NCBI GenBank assembly: GCA_963821525.1
Contig: CAWGED010000004.1
Location: 320,001 to 384,000 of the forward strand
DNA: 64,000 nt
Direction of reading: 5' to 3'
Source: an uncultured Gemmatimonadales bacterium
GTDB taxonomy: Bacteria > Gemmatimonadota > Gemmatimonadetes > Gemmatimonadales > GWC2-71-9
In this document: piece after piece, positions 51,469 to 61,529 of the stretch
Numbering within the stretch: position 1 is the first letter of the stretch
Layout: every line of letters starts with the position of its first letter
Translations under genes and position numbers: made by a program
The notes under the pieces: generated by a model
Seen by the model: only the letters and a program-made list of their open reading frames with translations
The model's database searches: none
Told to the model about the DNA's origin: nothing

Positions 51469-52309
51469 CTACACAAACTCCACAGCGACTTTTTCCGGGA
51501 CGAGTCCGGCAGACCAGGCCCGGTCGAGCAGGGCACGCACCGCCTCCCGCCCCTTGTCCCCGTAGTCCACGGTCCAATGGTTCACGTACATCCCGACGAA
51601 CCGGTCGGTTCGCTCTTCGCCGATTCCGCGGTTGAACCGGCTGGCGTGCACCAAGGCCGGGGCGCGGTGTTCGAGAGCATAGACGATGCTCGCCTTGAGA
51701 TCCCGGGCCACCTGCTGAATGACTGCTGGGCCGAGATCGCGCCGCACGACATTGCCGCCAAGGGGGAGGGGGGAGCCCGGTGTCCTCGTACCACCATTCT
51801 CCCAAGTCAGTCCAAAGGTGGAGACCCCGGTCGGCGAAGGTCAACTGACCCTCATGGATCAGCAAGCCCACATCCACCTCTCCCCGCAGAACCGCGTCCT
51901 CGATCGTGTCGAAAGGCAGCACAACCTCGACGAATTCGGGCTGGTAGAGCTTCAGGGTGAGATACGCCGTGGTGAGCTTGCCTGGAACCCCTATCCGAAG
52001 CCCACGGAGGGCCGATCTGGGATCCGTCGGTCGCGCCGTCTTCGAAACGAGCCGCGGCCCGTAGCGATCTCCCATCGAGGAGCCGCTGTTCAGCAGGGCG
52101 TAGGTTCGATGGAGATAGGCATAGGCGTGGATCGAGACTGCGGTCACCTCCAGGTCGCCAGTGAGGGCGCGGCGATTCAGCGACTCGATGTCCGACAGCT
52201 CGTGCACGTAACGCAGGTCGCCAGTGTCGATCTTACCCTCGGCAAGGGCGTAAAACATGAACGCGTCGTCGGAGTCAGGACTGTGGGCGACGTGGATCGT
52301 AGTGGTCAT
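51469..52309 (-). CDS. mqnD: 1,4-dihydroxy-6-naphthoate synthase (futalosine pathway); frameshift in G-run near 51770
   Basis: AHSPDSDDAFMFYAL, DIESLN, GLLIHEGQLT, MYVNHWTVDYG. Confidence 0.85.
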
Positions 52310-53052
52310 GGGGTCTGGGATGCCTGGCGGCGGAACTCTTCGAGTGCCGCCTTGTGCTCCTGGTATTCGGGGCGATTCTGGGCGATTTCCCCGTCGTAGT
52401 GACTCAGAAACGCCCGGTGGGCCTTCGTGATCCCTGCCTTGTCTCCCTTGGCCTCGGCGACGGCGGCGCGGATCATCGATCCGAAGAGGTGATCCTTTAC
52501 CTCGGCAGTAATCGAGTCGGCGAGTGCTGCGGCCTGGGGGAGATCACCGGCGGCCACGTGCAGGATCGCGGCGTGATAGCGGAGATCGATGTCACTGCGA
52601 TCCAGTTGCCCGTAGGCGGCGAGCGCCATCGGGAGGAACCGAGTGGCAGTGGCAGAGTCGCCCTGCTCGATCGCGTTCATCACCCGGTCGTTGAGCCGGA
52701 TGAACCGCTCATCGGGACTCATCTGGCTGATATCGGGCGGTCTGGGGCCAGCGGGGCCGCTCGCCGCGGCGCCAGTGTTGGCCATATCCGGCCGCGCCGC
52801 CTCGGGATGCTTGACCAGAACCCCGTAGAGGATCGCGCCTATCGACAGGGCGATGATCGACGCAGCCACGATCCAGGGCGTTGACGAGCCCGGCCGCGCC
52901 CCACCGGCGACCGCATGGCCGCAGCGATGACAGAACTTGGCCCCGGGGGAGAGTGTTGCCTGGCATTTCACGCACTGGCGGGGGCCCATAGCGGTCCCGC
53001 ATTCGGCGCAGAAGTTTCCGGTGACATTGGCACCGCAGGCGGGGCAGGTCAT
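52306..53052 (-). CDS. Double zinc-ribbon, single-TM protein with helical extracytoplasmic domain
   Basis: CPAC..FCAECG..CVKC..FCHRCG, then a TM segment. Confidence 0.75.
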   Translation of the reverse strand: MTCPACGANVTGNFCAECGTAMGPRQCVKCQATLSPGAKFCHRCGHAVAGGARPGSSTPWIVAASIIALSIGAILYGVLVKHPEAARPDMANTGAAASGPAGPRPPDISQMSPDERFIRLNDRVMNAIEQGDSATATRFLPMALAAYGQLDRSDIDLRYHAAILHVAAGDLPQAAALADSITAEVKDHLFGSMIRAAVAEAKGDKAGITKAHRAFLSHYDGEIAQNRPEYQEHKAALEEFRRQASQTP

Positions 53053-53059
53053 GAGTGGT

Positions 53060-53215
53060 CGGGAATGTAGGGCGGACAGGCGGGAAGGCGGTAGGGCGGT
53101 CAAGACGGAACAGGTCGGACAAGGCGGACAGGGGGTCCGGGCGGACGAATAGGATGAGCGATTTTCTTGTCCGACCTGTCCGTCCCGACCGACCTGTTCG
53201 CCCTGACCGCCCCAA
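53060..53215. repeat. Inverted ~9-nt array (GGCGGACAG-type ... CCTGTCCGT-type)
   Basis: Read directly; between divergent genes. Confidence 0.8.
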
Positions 53216-53272
53216 GGCTAGCGGCCCGGACCCGGCCGCATTACCGTGAACACAACCACGGAGGGAGTGACG

Positions 53273-53548
53273 ATGGGCATTCCTCAGCACCCCCAACCGG
53301 CAGTTCTCCCCGAAGCCCCAGCCGCGCGGCATCTGGGTGACTTGGCGCGCAGCCAGGTCCGCTGGAGCGTGTATCTGGAGACTCGGAACGAGGGCAGACT
53401 GGCCGAAGGCCGGCTGCACTTCGTCGAAGGCTCCCGCCATCGCAGTACGGGCTGGATTTTCCGGCAATGGACCGAGCGCGACATCGTCGACCGGTTCAAC
53501 GAGTTCAGCCCGATCGAGTTGTGGAAGATTCTCGACAGCCTCAGCTAA
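53273..53548 (+). CDS. Hypothetical protein
   Basis: GGAG RBS, globular-looking ORF. Confidence 0.6.
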   Translation: MGIPQHPQPAVLPEAPAARHLGDLARSQVRWSVYLETRNEGRLAEGRLHFVEGSRHRSTGWIFRQWTERDIVDRFNEFSPIELWKILDSLS

Positions 53549-53680
53549 GTGACGAGTAGAAAGGACTGAGGACTGAGGACTGAGTGGAGCCGTCGGCCAT
53601 CAGCCCTTGGTTCTTAGCTCGGTACTCGGTACTCGTACCTCTCAGTCCCCAGTCCTCAGTCCTCCTTACTTTTCTCTCCC
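53545..53680. repeat. Nested heptamer array (GGACTGA x3 [GCCGTCG, CTCGGTA x2] TCAGTCC x3)
   Basis: Read directly. Confidence 0.85.
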
Positions 53681-53681
53681 T

Positions 53682-55055
53682 ATGCCCCCATCCCGTCCGC
53701 CAGCGTCCGACTTCCCCCGCCACTTCGACCGGGTCTCCAAGACCGAGGTACTGAAGCTGGCCACTGAGTTCCAGGTGGATTTTCTCCGGCTCCAGTTCAC
53801 CGACATCCTGGGGATCAATAAGAACGTCGAGGTGCCGAAGAGCCAGTTCGAGAAGGCGCTGGACGGCGAGATCATGTTCGATGGCTCGTCCATCGAGGGG
53901 TTCGTGCGGATCGAGGAGAGCGATATGCTCCTCGTCCCCGACCTGCCGACATTCCGGCTGTTGCCCTCGGATGACGAAGGCGGGCGGGTAGGGCGCCTCA
54001 TCTGCGACATCTACACCCCGGATCATGAGGCCTTCGCGGGATGTCCCCGGCTGACGCTCAAGCGTACGATCGGCAAGGCCGAGGATCTGGGCTACACTCT
54101 GATGGCGGGCTGCGAGGTGGAGTTCTTTCTCTTCGAGAAGGATGCCTCCGACAATCCGACCACGACGACCCACGACGACGCCTCGTACTTCGATCTGACG
54201 CCGGTGGACCGGGGCGAGGAAATCCGGCGAATGATCGTGAACGATCTCGAATTAATGGGCTTCGAGGTCGAGGCCGCCCATCACGAAGTGGCGCCGGGCC
54301 AGCATGAGGTGGACTTCAAGTACGCCGACGCGCTCACCACGGCGGACAACATTGCCACCTTCCGCTTCGTGGTGCGGAACGTGGCGAACCGGCACGGCTT
54401 CGTCGCTTCCTTCATGCCCAAGCCGATCATGGGCCAGAACGGGAGCGGGATGCACACCCACCAGTCCCTGTTCCGCGGCAAGGACAACGCCTTCTTCGAC
54501 CCGAAGACCGACCACCAGCTCTCAGCGGTAGCGCTGAGCTACGTCGAGGGACTGCTGCAGCACGCCAGGGGATTCTGCGCTATCACCAATCCCCTGATCA
54601 ACAGCTACAAGCGCCTGGTGCCGGGCTACGAGGCGCCGGTCAACGTCGCCTGGTCCATGCGGAACCGTTCTCCGCTGGTCCGGATCCCGGAGCGCCGCGG
54701 GGTGGGCACCCGGTGTGAGCTGCGGATGCCGGACCCTTCCGCCAATCCTTATTTGTCTCTCTCGGTGCAGTTCGCGGCCGGGCTCGATGGCGTGGTGCAG
54801 AAGCTCGAATGCCGGGAGCCGGTCAACCGCAACATCTTCCGGATGAGCTATCGCGACCGCCGGAAGTACCAGATCGACGATCTGCCCCGGGACCTGCACG
54901 AGGCGCTGGATCGGTTCGAGAAGGACGATGTGATCAAGTCGGCCCTGGGCGAGCACCTGACCGAACGCTTCCTCGAAGCAAAGCGCGAGGAGGTCCTGCG
55001 GTACAACACCCAGGTGACGCGGTGGGAGGTGGAGAATTATTTGGGGCGGTACTGA
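53682..55055 (+). CDS. glnA: Glutamine synthetase type I (GSI-alpha-like)
   Basis: RLQFTDILG, MFDGSSIEGFVRIEESDM, HHEVAPGQHE, FMPKP..NGSGMH, SYKRLVPGYEAP. Confidence 0.92.
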   Translation: MPPSRPPASDFPRHFDRVSKTEVLKLATEFQVDFLRLQFTDILGINKNVEVPKSQFEKALDGEIMFDGSSIEGFVRIEESDMLLVPDLPTFRLLPSDDEGGRVGRLICDIYTPDHEAFAGCPRLTLKRTIGKAEDLGYTLMAGCEVEFFLFEKDASDNPTTTTHDDASYFDLTPVDRGEEIRRMIVNDLELMGFEVEAAHHEVAPGQHEVDFKYADALTTADNIATFRFVVRNVANRHGFVASFMPKPIMGQNGSGMHTHQSLFRGKDNAFFDPKTDHQLSAVALSYVEGLLQHARGFCAITNPLINSYKRLVPGYEAPVNVAWSMRNRSPLVRIPERRGVGTRCELRMPDPSANPYLSLSVQFAAGLDGVVQKLECREPVNRNIFRMSYRDRRKYQIDDLPRDLHEALDRFEKDDVIKSALGEHLTERFLEAKREEVLRYNTQVTRWEVENYLGRY

Positions 55056-55223
55056 GAGGCATGAGGGGAAAGGACTGAGGACTGAGCGAGTTGGATGGAA
55101 GATTGAAGATTTCAGATTGAAGATTTAACCGCTCGGGTCGCCGGCACGTGCTGTTCAATTTTCAATCTGCAATCTGAAATCTTCAATCCTCCTTCAGTCC
55201 TCAGTCCTTCTTACTCATCACTA
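55050..55223. repeat. Nested inverted heptamer arrays (outer GGACTGA/TCAGTCC, inner AGATTGA/AATCTTC)
   Basis: Between the convergent glnA and 1209-aa gene stops. Confidence 0.9.
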
Positions 55224-58200
55224 CTGCTTAGCCAGCATCTTCAAAATCGGCTCCGCCCACGCAAACAGGAATTTCCGCAGTTCGGGGAACTCGGAGCTCA
55301 GCAGGGTAAGCAGCGGCAGGGCCCCGAAAGTCAGCAGGTTCATCACGAATCTCAGATTCCAGGTCACCTTCCCCGGCTCGGTACGGTCGATCCGGCTCAA
55401 TACTTCGTCGCGGTTCATCTGGATCAGGACGAAGATGAGGCTTCCGACAGTCCCCCCGAGAACCACGAGGAGGATCAGCCGCAGCAGGCTCTGCGGAGGG
55501 TAGGGGTAGCTGGAGAGCAGCAGCGTGGCCAACAGGAGCGAGAGCAGCATGAACAGCGCAAGCTCTCGGAGGTGACGGGTAACCCATTCGACGTACTCCA
55601 CCATCCGGGTTCCAGCGTACTCCTCCGCGGCGCGCACCCATAGCCGGACCGGACCAGCGAATCCTCGCCGAATCAACAAGGCAGTGGAGGCTTCTTCACC
55701 TCCGCGAGGTACTGGCTTCTCGAATTCCTTGTTCAGCCCCTCTATCAACGCATTGACGTCGGCCTTCATCGGCTCGAGACGCCACAGCTCGCGCAGGACG
55801 TCGTGCAGGGTGCCCAGGCGCTCGACCAGGGCCCGGCGGCCCCTCGAGGTTAGTGCGAGCTCCTGCGCGGCAGGCTCCTTCATCAAATCGGCGACGACTT
55901 CCGTCAGCTCGGCACGTTCCGGCCCCAGCTCCGTGGCAAATTCTTCTTTCTTGGCCTGATGGATTCCCTGCAAGTGGAGCCATTGCAGATCGGCCACGGC
56001 GCCGATCGCGGTTCCCGACGCGGGGCCGGGCAGCGAGAGCTGGGTCAGGCGTGCCAGGCGCGGGGGCAGGCGATCGAATGCGGTAACGATCGGCATCCGG
56101 GCGAATCCTTCCAGGCACTTTCTCAGACCCAGCCACACAACTGCCAGGCGGAATGCGCCCCATGACGTGGCGATCAGCATGGCGAAGACCGTTAGCCGGA
56201 AGAGCTTGTCGAACATGGGTACCCCGTCCGGCGAGTCGCTCATGAGCGCTTCCAACGACCGCCCGAACTGAGGCCCGACCCAGAAACTGAGGCAGAGGAA
56301 GGCGACAATGAGCCCCACAGCCCAGTTGCTGGGAGCCACCCGAAACAGTCGAAGCCGGATGGTTCGGATATCCACGGCGGAGCGGCGCAAGTCATCTCGG
56401 AGGGCGGTGCGGAACGTCGTGCGAGGTTTCCGTGGGGAGCTCAACTCGGTCTCACAGACGCTCTCGAAGATGGTCCGCTGCTGCAGCAGTGCGATTCGCC
56501 GGAGGTGCCAGGTACACCAGACTGCGAGGCCGAGACCCCCCAGCACCAGCGGGAGCACCGGGGAAACCATGCTGTCGATCTCAACGGCACGGCGAAAGAA
56601 CAGCCACCATCGCCCCGGGTCGGGCTTCGACAGATTAATGACGTCGGTGACGAAACCGATCGAGAGGCTCAGATAGACCACCCCGAACACCGCCGTGGCG
56701 ATTCGCGCCAGCACATCAACTCGCCAGGCCCATGGTTCACTCGGAATCCGCCAGGGGCCGCTCCAGAAATACTTGAGCCCCTGCCGGCCTAGCTGTACCG
56801 CGAGGGTCAGCACCGAGACGATCCCGCTCAGGAGCGCCGTCACACCAGCCACACCGGCAATCGTGATCAGCGCTCCCAAGACCTTGAGGGAGACATCGCT
56901 GTTGGTTCGGAACACGAGCCGGAGCACCGGGGCACAGGTTGCGAGCAGTATGCAGAAGAACGCAACGACCCTGAGCAGCCCGTAAAACCGGTCATGCAAA
57001 CGCAGAGAACCTTCGGCCAGCTGGTCCGCGATTGGCCGAAGGTCATACTCCCAACTGGTTCCCGTTCGGGCGTGCGATCGGCGCTGGAGATCGAGCCTGA
57101 TGTTCCCGAGGCCCAGAACGAACAGAGCGAAACCGGCGAGCATTATCGCCGCCAATGGCAAGAACGGGAGATTGAGGGACGGATACTTCTTCGGAACTGC
57201 GGGACACTGGGCTGGAACCTTGCAGGGGGCGGCAAGGTAGCTGGTATCCGAAACCGTGTCGATCCGAATGGGAAGGAAGGTCTTGTTGCCAACCGTGGAA
57301 AGCCACACTGGCGGCCTCAACCGGGTTTGCAACAAGGAATCTCGAGGCACGCTGTCCCCCGGCTGCGGATCCTTGTCCTCCGGGTATTTCCGGGTTGGCC
57401 GGTAATCGAGGACCGCCTTCTCGTAGCCGAGCTGCATGAGGGTGGCGTTGTAGGTCCCTTGCACTCCATCGCTGCTGAAGGCGAAGCGCTGCTTTTGATC
57501 TGCGTCAGCCGTGAACCACTGGTTGTCGAGAATGAGTGGATAGGTCGCGAACACCAGCATGCCACGAAGGGCGAGGTTCTTGTCCGAGCGCAAATACAGC
57601 ACGTTGCTCTCATAGGTAAAGAACTGCACATCGGGCATCCGCTTCCGCAGCTCCTCCCCCAGGAACAGCTTGTCCCGCACGTCGGTCGCCAGCAGGCCTA
57701 CCATTCGGATCCGGTGGCGATTGAGCGTTCGCGCCAGGTCGTCGAGCATCAGATCCAGGGCCAGGGGCGAGAGTCGCGAGGTGACCGGAAAGTCCTCCTT
57801 GGGCCGGGTTGGATCGACCAGGTCAAGCGGGAGTCGCGGCGCGTCGCCGGCGCCGGGCAGGGCCGGCGCCTCGATCTCCGCCGAGGGAACCCGCTGGTAT
57901 TCGGTGCGCAGGCTCGAAATGCTCATCGGAAAAGGGACGATGAGGAAGTCGCTGCTATCGGCGATCAGTCCCTGCCCGTACTGGGTCGAGGATTCCCGCA
58001 GCAGCGCGACCTGGGAATCACTGAGTCCCAGCCGCTTCATCGTGACCTTCATCGACGCACTCAACTGGTCGTCGGCGTTGATCGTGGCCTTGAAGTGCAT
58101 GCGTAGTGCCGGGAGGTCCAGCGTCGTGATGTTCTCCCGGTCGGTCGCCGTCCCGCTCAACATCTCAACGGAGTCCTCGGGGTGTCGGGCGAGCCAGCTC

Positions 58201-58850
58201 TTCAACCCCAACTGCAGGGAAAGCGCGGAGCCGGAGAAATTCGGGCCGATGATGCGGATCGGCGCGGTGCGTTCGGCACGGAGCGGCAGTTTTCCGGGGC
58301 CTAGCAGCAAGCGGCGCTCTTCCAGCGCGGCACTCAGCGCTTCCTTGTAGATCCCGCGGGTGGGCAGTTCCTGAATCACGTAGAGCAAGTGCAGCCGGTG
58401 GTCACCCGGTTTGCTGCTCCGGAACAGCACGACCCCGGGCCTGACCTCGCGCAGAGCGACTCGCCCGTGACCGGCTCGCCGCACGCTGTCGCGTTGGCCC
58501 GGGAGCCAGAAGCGGTCGGTCACATAGCCGGCGGTCTCGAAGGCGCGGCGGATGGTTTCCATCGCCCCGTCGAAGGACCAGTCGAGATGGGAGTCGTAGG
58601 GATCCGGGACGCAGGCGATCAGAACGTCGAGCGAGAAGCTGTCGCTGACGGCGGGGACTGCACCGAAGAAGCCGGCGAGCAGATCCTCCCCGCGTTCGAA
58701 GGGCGCGTCGGCCGGTCCGGTTTCTTTCGAGATCTGAGCAACGCTGGCGGAATCGGCCGATCCGGGGCGGGGCGCGCTGGGGCGGGTGATCGACACCACC
58801 GCGACCGCGGCGGCCGCAACGAAGCCGAGACCCAGCGCGCGGTTGTCCAT
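55221..58850 (-). CDS. 1209-aa uncharacterised membrane protein: large N-terminal extracytoplasmic domain plus about 10 TM helices
   Basis: Intact long ORF; N-terminal signal/anchor; IIGPNFSGSA motif; hydrophobic segments in the C-terminal half. Confidence 0.85.
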   Translation of the reverse strand: MDNRALGLGFVAAAAVAVVSITRPSAPRPGSADSASVAQISKETGPADAPFERGEDLLAGFFGAVPAVSDSFSLDVLIACVPDPYDSHLDWSFDGAMETIRRAFETAGYVTDRFWLPGQRDSVRRAGHGRVALREVRPGVVLFRSSKPGDHRLHLLYVIQELPTRGIYKEALSAALEERRLLLGPGKLPLRAERTAPIRIIGPNFSGSALSLQLGLKSWLARHPEDSVEMLSGTATDRENITTLDLPALRMHFKATINADDQLSASMKVTMKRLGLSDSQVALLRESSTQYGQGLIADSSDFLIVPFPMSISSLRTEYQRVPSAEIEAPALPGAGDAPRLPLDLVDPTRPKEDFPVTSRLSPLALDLMLDDLARTLNRHRIRMVGLLATDVRDKLFLGEELRKRMPDVQFFTYESNVLYLRSDKNLALRGMLVFATYPLILDNQWFTADADQKQRFAFSSDGVQGTYNATLMQLGYEKAVLDYRPTRKYPEDKDPQPGDSVPRDSLLQTRLRPPVWLSTVGNKTFLPIRIDTVSDTSYLAAPCKVPAQCPAVPKKYPSLNLPFLPLAAIMLAGFALFVLGLGNIRLDLQRRSHARTGTSWEYDLRPIADQLAEGSLRLHDRFYGLLRVVAFFCILLATCAPVLRLVFRTNSDVSLKVLGALITIAGVAGVTALLSGIVSVLTLAVQLGRQGLKYFWSGPWRIPSEPWAWRVDVLARIATAVFGVVYLSLSIGFVTDVINLSKPDPGRWWLFFRRAVEIDSMVSPVLPLVLGGLGLAVWCTWHLRRIALLQQRTIFESVCETELSSPRKPRTTFRTALRDDLRRSAVDIRTIRLRLFRVAPSNWAVGLIVAFLCLSFWVGPQFGRSLEALMSDSPDGVPMFDKLFRLTVFAMLIATSWGAFRLAVVWLGLRKCLEGFARMPIVTAFDRLPPRLARLTQLSLPGPASGTAIGAVADLQWLHLQGIHQAKKEEFATELGPERAELTEVVADLMKEPAAQELALTSRGRRALVERLGTLHDVLRELWRLEPMKADVNALIEGLNKEFEKPVPRGGEEASTALLIRRGFAGPVRLWVRAAEEYAGTRMVEYVEWVTRHLRELALFMLLSLLLATLLLSSYPYPPQSLLRLILLVVLGGTVGSLIFVLIQMNRDEVLSRIDRTEPGKVTWNLRFVMNLLTFGALPLLTLLSSEFPELRKFLFAWAEPILKMLAKQ

Positions 58851-58898
58851 CGCTCTTAATGCCCCGGGACGAATGTCGAGGTCATGGTCGGCTTTGCA

Positions 58899-60435
58899 TC
58901 AGAGGCCGGTGAAGGCATGGGCCAGCGCATACAGCTTGTCCAAGTCGAGACTGAACCCGAAATTCCCGCGCACTTCATCCTCATCAATCAGGTCGGTTCG
59001 ACTGGCGTAGGTAACCGAGAGCGGCAACGTCACACCGCGTCGTCACCGGAATCGAGACCTTCACCTGCGCGATGTGGATCGCATCATTCGCTTCCTCGAG
59101 GCGACTCAGCTGGTAGGCCGCCGAGATCAGTATCGGCTCCACCACATCCAGCTTCTTCGAGCGGCCAAAGGGGTTCTTCACCGATCCAGCCAGCTCGACC
59201 GTTCCCCCGTAGTCGCGCACCGACTCCTGATTAAAAGCCGGATCCGGATGGTCGTACCAGGAGATGAACCCGTTGACCACGGCGTCGAAGGGAGCGAGGT
59301 GGGCATCGAAGAGCAGCTTGGCGTCGGATACACCAACCCCTGGACCTTGGTGTGATGGGTAAACGCGACGGTGAGCAACGGCGACCGGTTGAGCTCTCGT
59401 GAATGCCGCCCAGATCCTGCTGCGCGCTGAACAGGTCCTGGTGAGCCTTGACCAGTCCACTCATCGCCACGGTGATCCCGCGGAAGGTCTCTTCGCTCAG
59501 CGCGATCCGACTCTCCGAGATCGGGTCGAAGACCGTCGACTTGAGGGCTGAAAGGGTCATGGTAGTGATGGTCTCGATCCGTTGCTCGCGAGGGACGCCA
59601 TCACTGCTTTCGAGATATCCCGCGATCTGCCCTTTCAGCGTTTCCGAGGAAGCATCCGCGGCATCTCGCAGCTCCGGTGAGCCATTGAGCGCCTTGCTGA
59701 TGCCTCCACTCAGCGCATTGAGTCGCGCCTGGATCTTGGGCTGCACGACCTCGCTCCAGCGCTGGGTGAATTTCTTGGTCCGAGTGCTGCGGTCGCCGAT
59801 GACCCGCACCCGGATCGACCATTCAGCCACCTGATTGATGTCGACATTCGCGATCGTGGGGTCTTCGGACCGCATGTCGAAGGTCACCGACCCGCCGATC
59901 CGTCTCCACAGCCCGTACTGCTCGAAATTCGCGGCATTGTCCGGCTCGAGCAGACGTACAAAGGCGTAGGGAGAGGTCGAGAGGGTCAGCCCCGTCCCGC
60001 TCACCGACTGCTCGATCGCCCCGTGCTCCAGCGCAAGGGCGAGGAGTTCGGAGAATCCGGGCTTCTCGGCGAGAGAGGTGCTACCGGGCCCGCTGCTCGT
60101 GGCGCCGAGCTGCTTGTCCGTGCGGCCCAACTCCGCGAGGTAGCGGTAGGCCTGAAGTCCGCGAACCTCATGCGGGTCGTCGCCGGGGAGGGCGTCCGCT
60201 ACGGTGTAGAACACCAGGCGGTTCCATACCTGATCCGGGGCCAGCTCGGCCGCTTCACCGGCCTGAGTCCCTCCCTCGAATTCCGAAAGAATGTCGGCCG
60301 CTCTCCCCGCGAGGCCGCGTCCCGCAGCACCTCGGGTGGGTTTTCGTATTCCTGGGCCCGCAGCGCACCACAAGGAAGGCCGAGCCACGCCACGGGAAGG
60401 AGCGGCGTCCGGCATGACAGCCTTGGGATCACCAT
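58899..60435 (-). CDS. Secreted, probably outer-membrane, hypothetical protein; frameshifts near 60240, 59400 and 59040
   Basis: GAGGAG RBS, signal ending LRA-Q; joined C-terminus GVTLPLSVTYASRTDLIDEDEVRGNFGFSLDLDKL has a beta-strand pattern. Confidence 0.6.
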
Positions 60436-60446
60436 GACGGAACTCC

Positions 60447-60790
60447 TCAGCTGACGGTGAAGCGGAACTCGGGATCCCAGATCTGATTCGTCTTTCGGAC
60501 CACGACATCCTTGAACACGCCGCCCTTGGAACCCCGCAGCTCGACGTCGAAGTGCGCGGTGTTGGGATCTTCGTCGAGGAAGCTGCATTCGAGGATGACG
60601 AAGTGGCTGTTGCCGGGGACCTGATTCACTTCGAACTCGAAGGTGGGCGTATCGGGCCCGTCGCCGGGTTCTCGAGTGCCTCACCGTTGTCTGCCGCCGT
60701 CACTCGAGCTCCGGTCTCGATCGGCGTGACCTTGATCGTTACCGTCTCGCCTTCACTGACGTCATAGCGGAACTTGGTCCTGCGTTTCAT
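60447..60790 (-). CDS. Small beta-rich hypothetical protein; frameshift near 60670
   Basis: GGGGAG RBS, MKRRTKFRYDVSEGETVTIKVTP... joins ORF 60447..60629 ending PEFRFTVS. Confidence 0.55.
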
Positions 60791-60803
60791 GGCGCTCTCC
60801 CCG

Positions 60804-61497
60804 TTAGACCAGCCGTTCCCACACCGCCTCGATACCGTCGGCGGACAACGCGCGGCATTCGGCCAGGCTCAGTCCTCCGGTGTACTGGAAGTGCGGGATG
60901 TCCTTGAAGCCCTTCCAATCGCCGCCCCATTCCAGCCCCACTGATCGCCCCGCCTCTGCGGCCCGCTTCCAGCCGGGATGAGAGGTGTTCCAATCGGTCT
61001 TGCCCATGGAGTCCAGCACGATGATGTCGAAGGCGAGGCCGAAATTGTGGTAGCTCTGGCCTCCTCTCGCCTTGGTCACGATGTGCGAAGCGCCGATGGG
61101 CGGGACCGTTCTGCCCCTGGTGAAGAGCGCATCCTGCTCCTCCCAGGTGCGGACACCCTGGGTCACCCAGAATGGCGAGGCCCGCCAGGCTGCAGAGGTC
61201 GAGCATAGCCCGGGCACGACTGGCCACCACGGGATGCAGTCCGCTCAGCCGTTGATCACTCAGTGCCGCGGGACGAGTGGACGTCCTTGCCGGGGAATCG
61301 CGTGGAATGGCGCGGGGAGTAAGGCCGGTCTCGGCGACCAGCAGGTCCGGGACGATCAACGCCTGGCCGATCGTGAGCCGGTCGGGATCGGGGATGTTGT
61401 TTGCCGCCACGATCAGCGGGAATCGCGCCGAGTCGCCGTAGAATTGCCTCGCAATTTTGCCGAGAGTGTCGCCCTTCTTCACGCGATAGGTGTTCAT
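60804..61497 (-). CDS. LysM plus M15 family peptidoglycan peptidase; frameshift near 61170
   Basis: YRVKKGDTLGKIA...NNIPDPDRLTIGQAL; LHP; RTWEEQDALF, SYHNFGLAFD, WGGDW..DIPHFQ. Confidence 0.85.
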
Positions 61498-61529
61498 AGG
61501 TCCGGATCGAGTGGTGGACGCGAAGCCGG

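Noticed and set aside
53682..55055. Glutamine synthetase as PuuA of the polyamine cluster
   Set aside because: Motifs match canonical GSI-alpha GlnA, and the gene is 40 kb from the cluster
256..55223. Repeat arrays as CRISPR
   Set aside because: Units are 7-9 nt in tandem with no repeat-spacer alternation, and no cas genes are present
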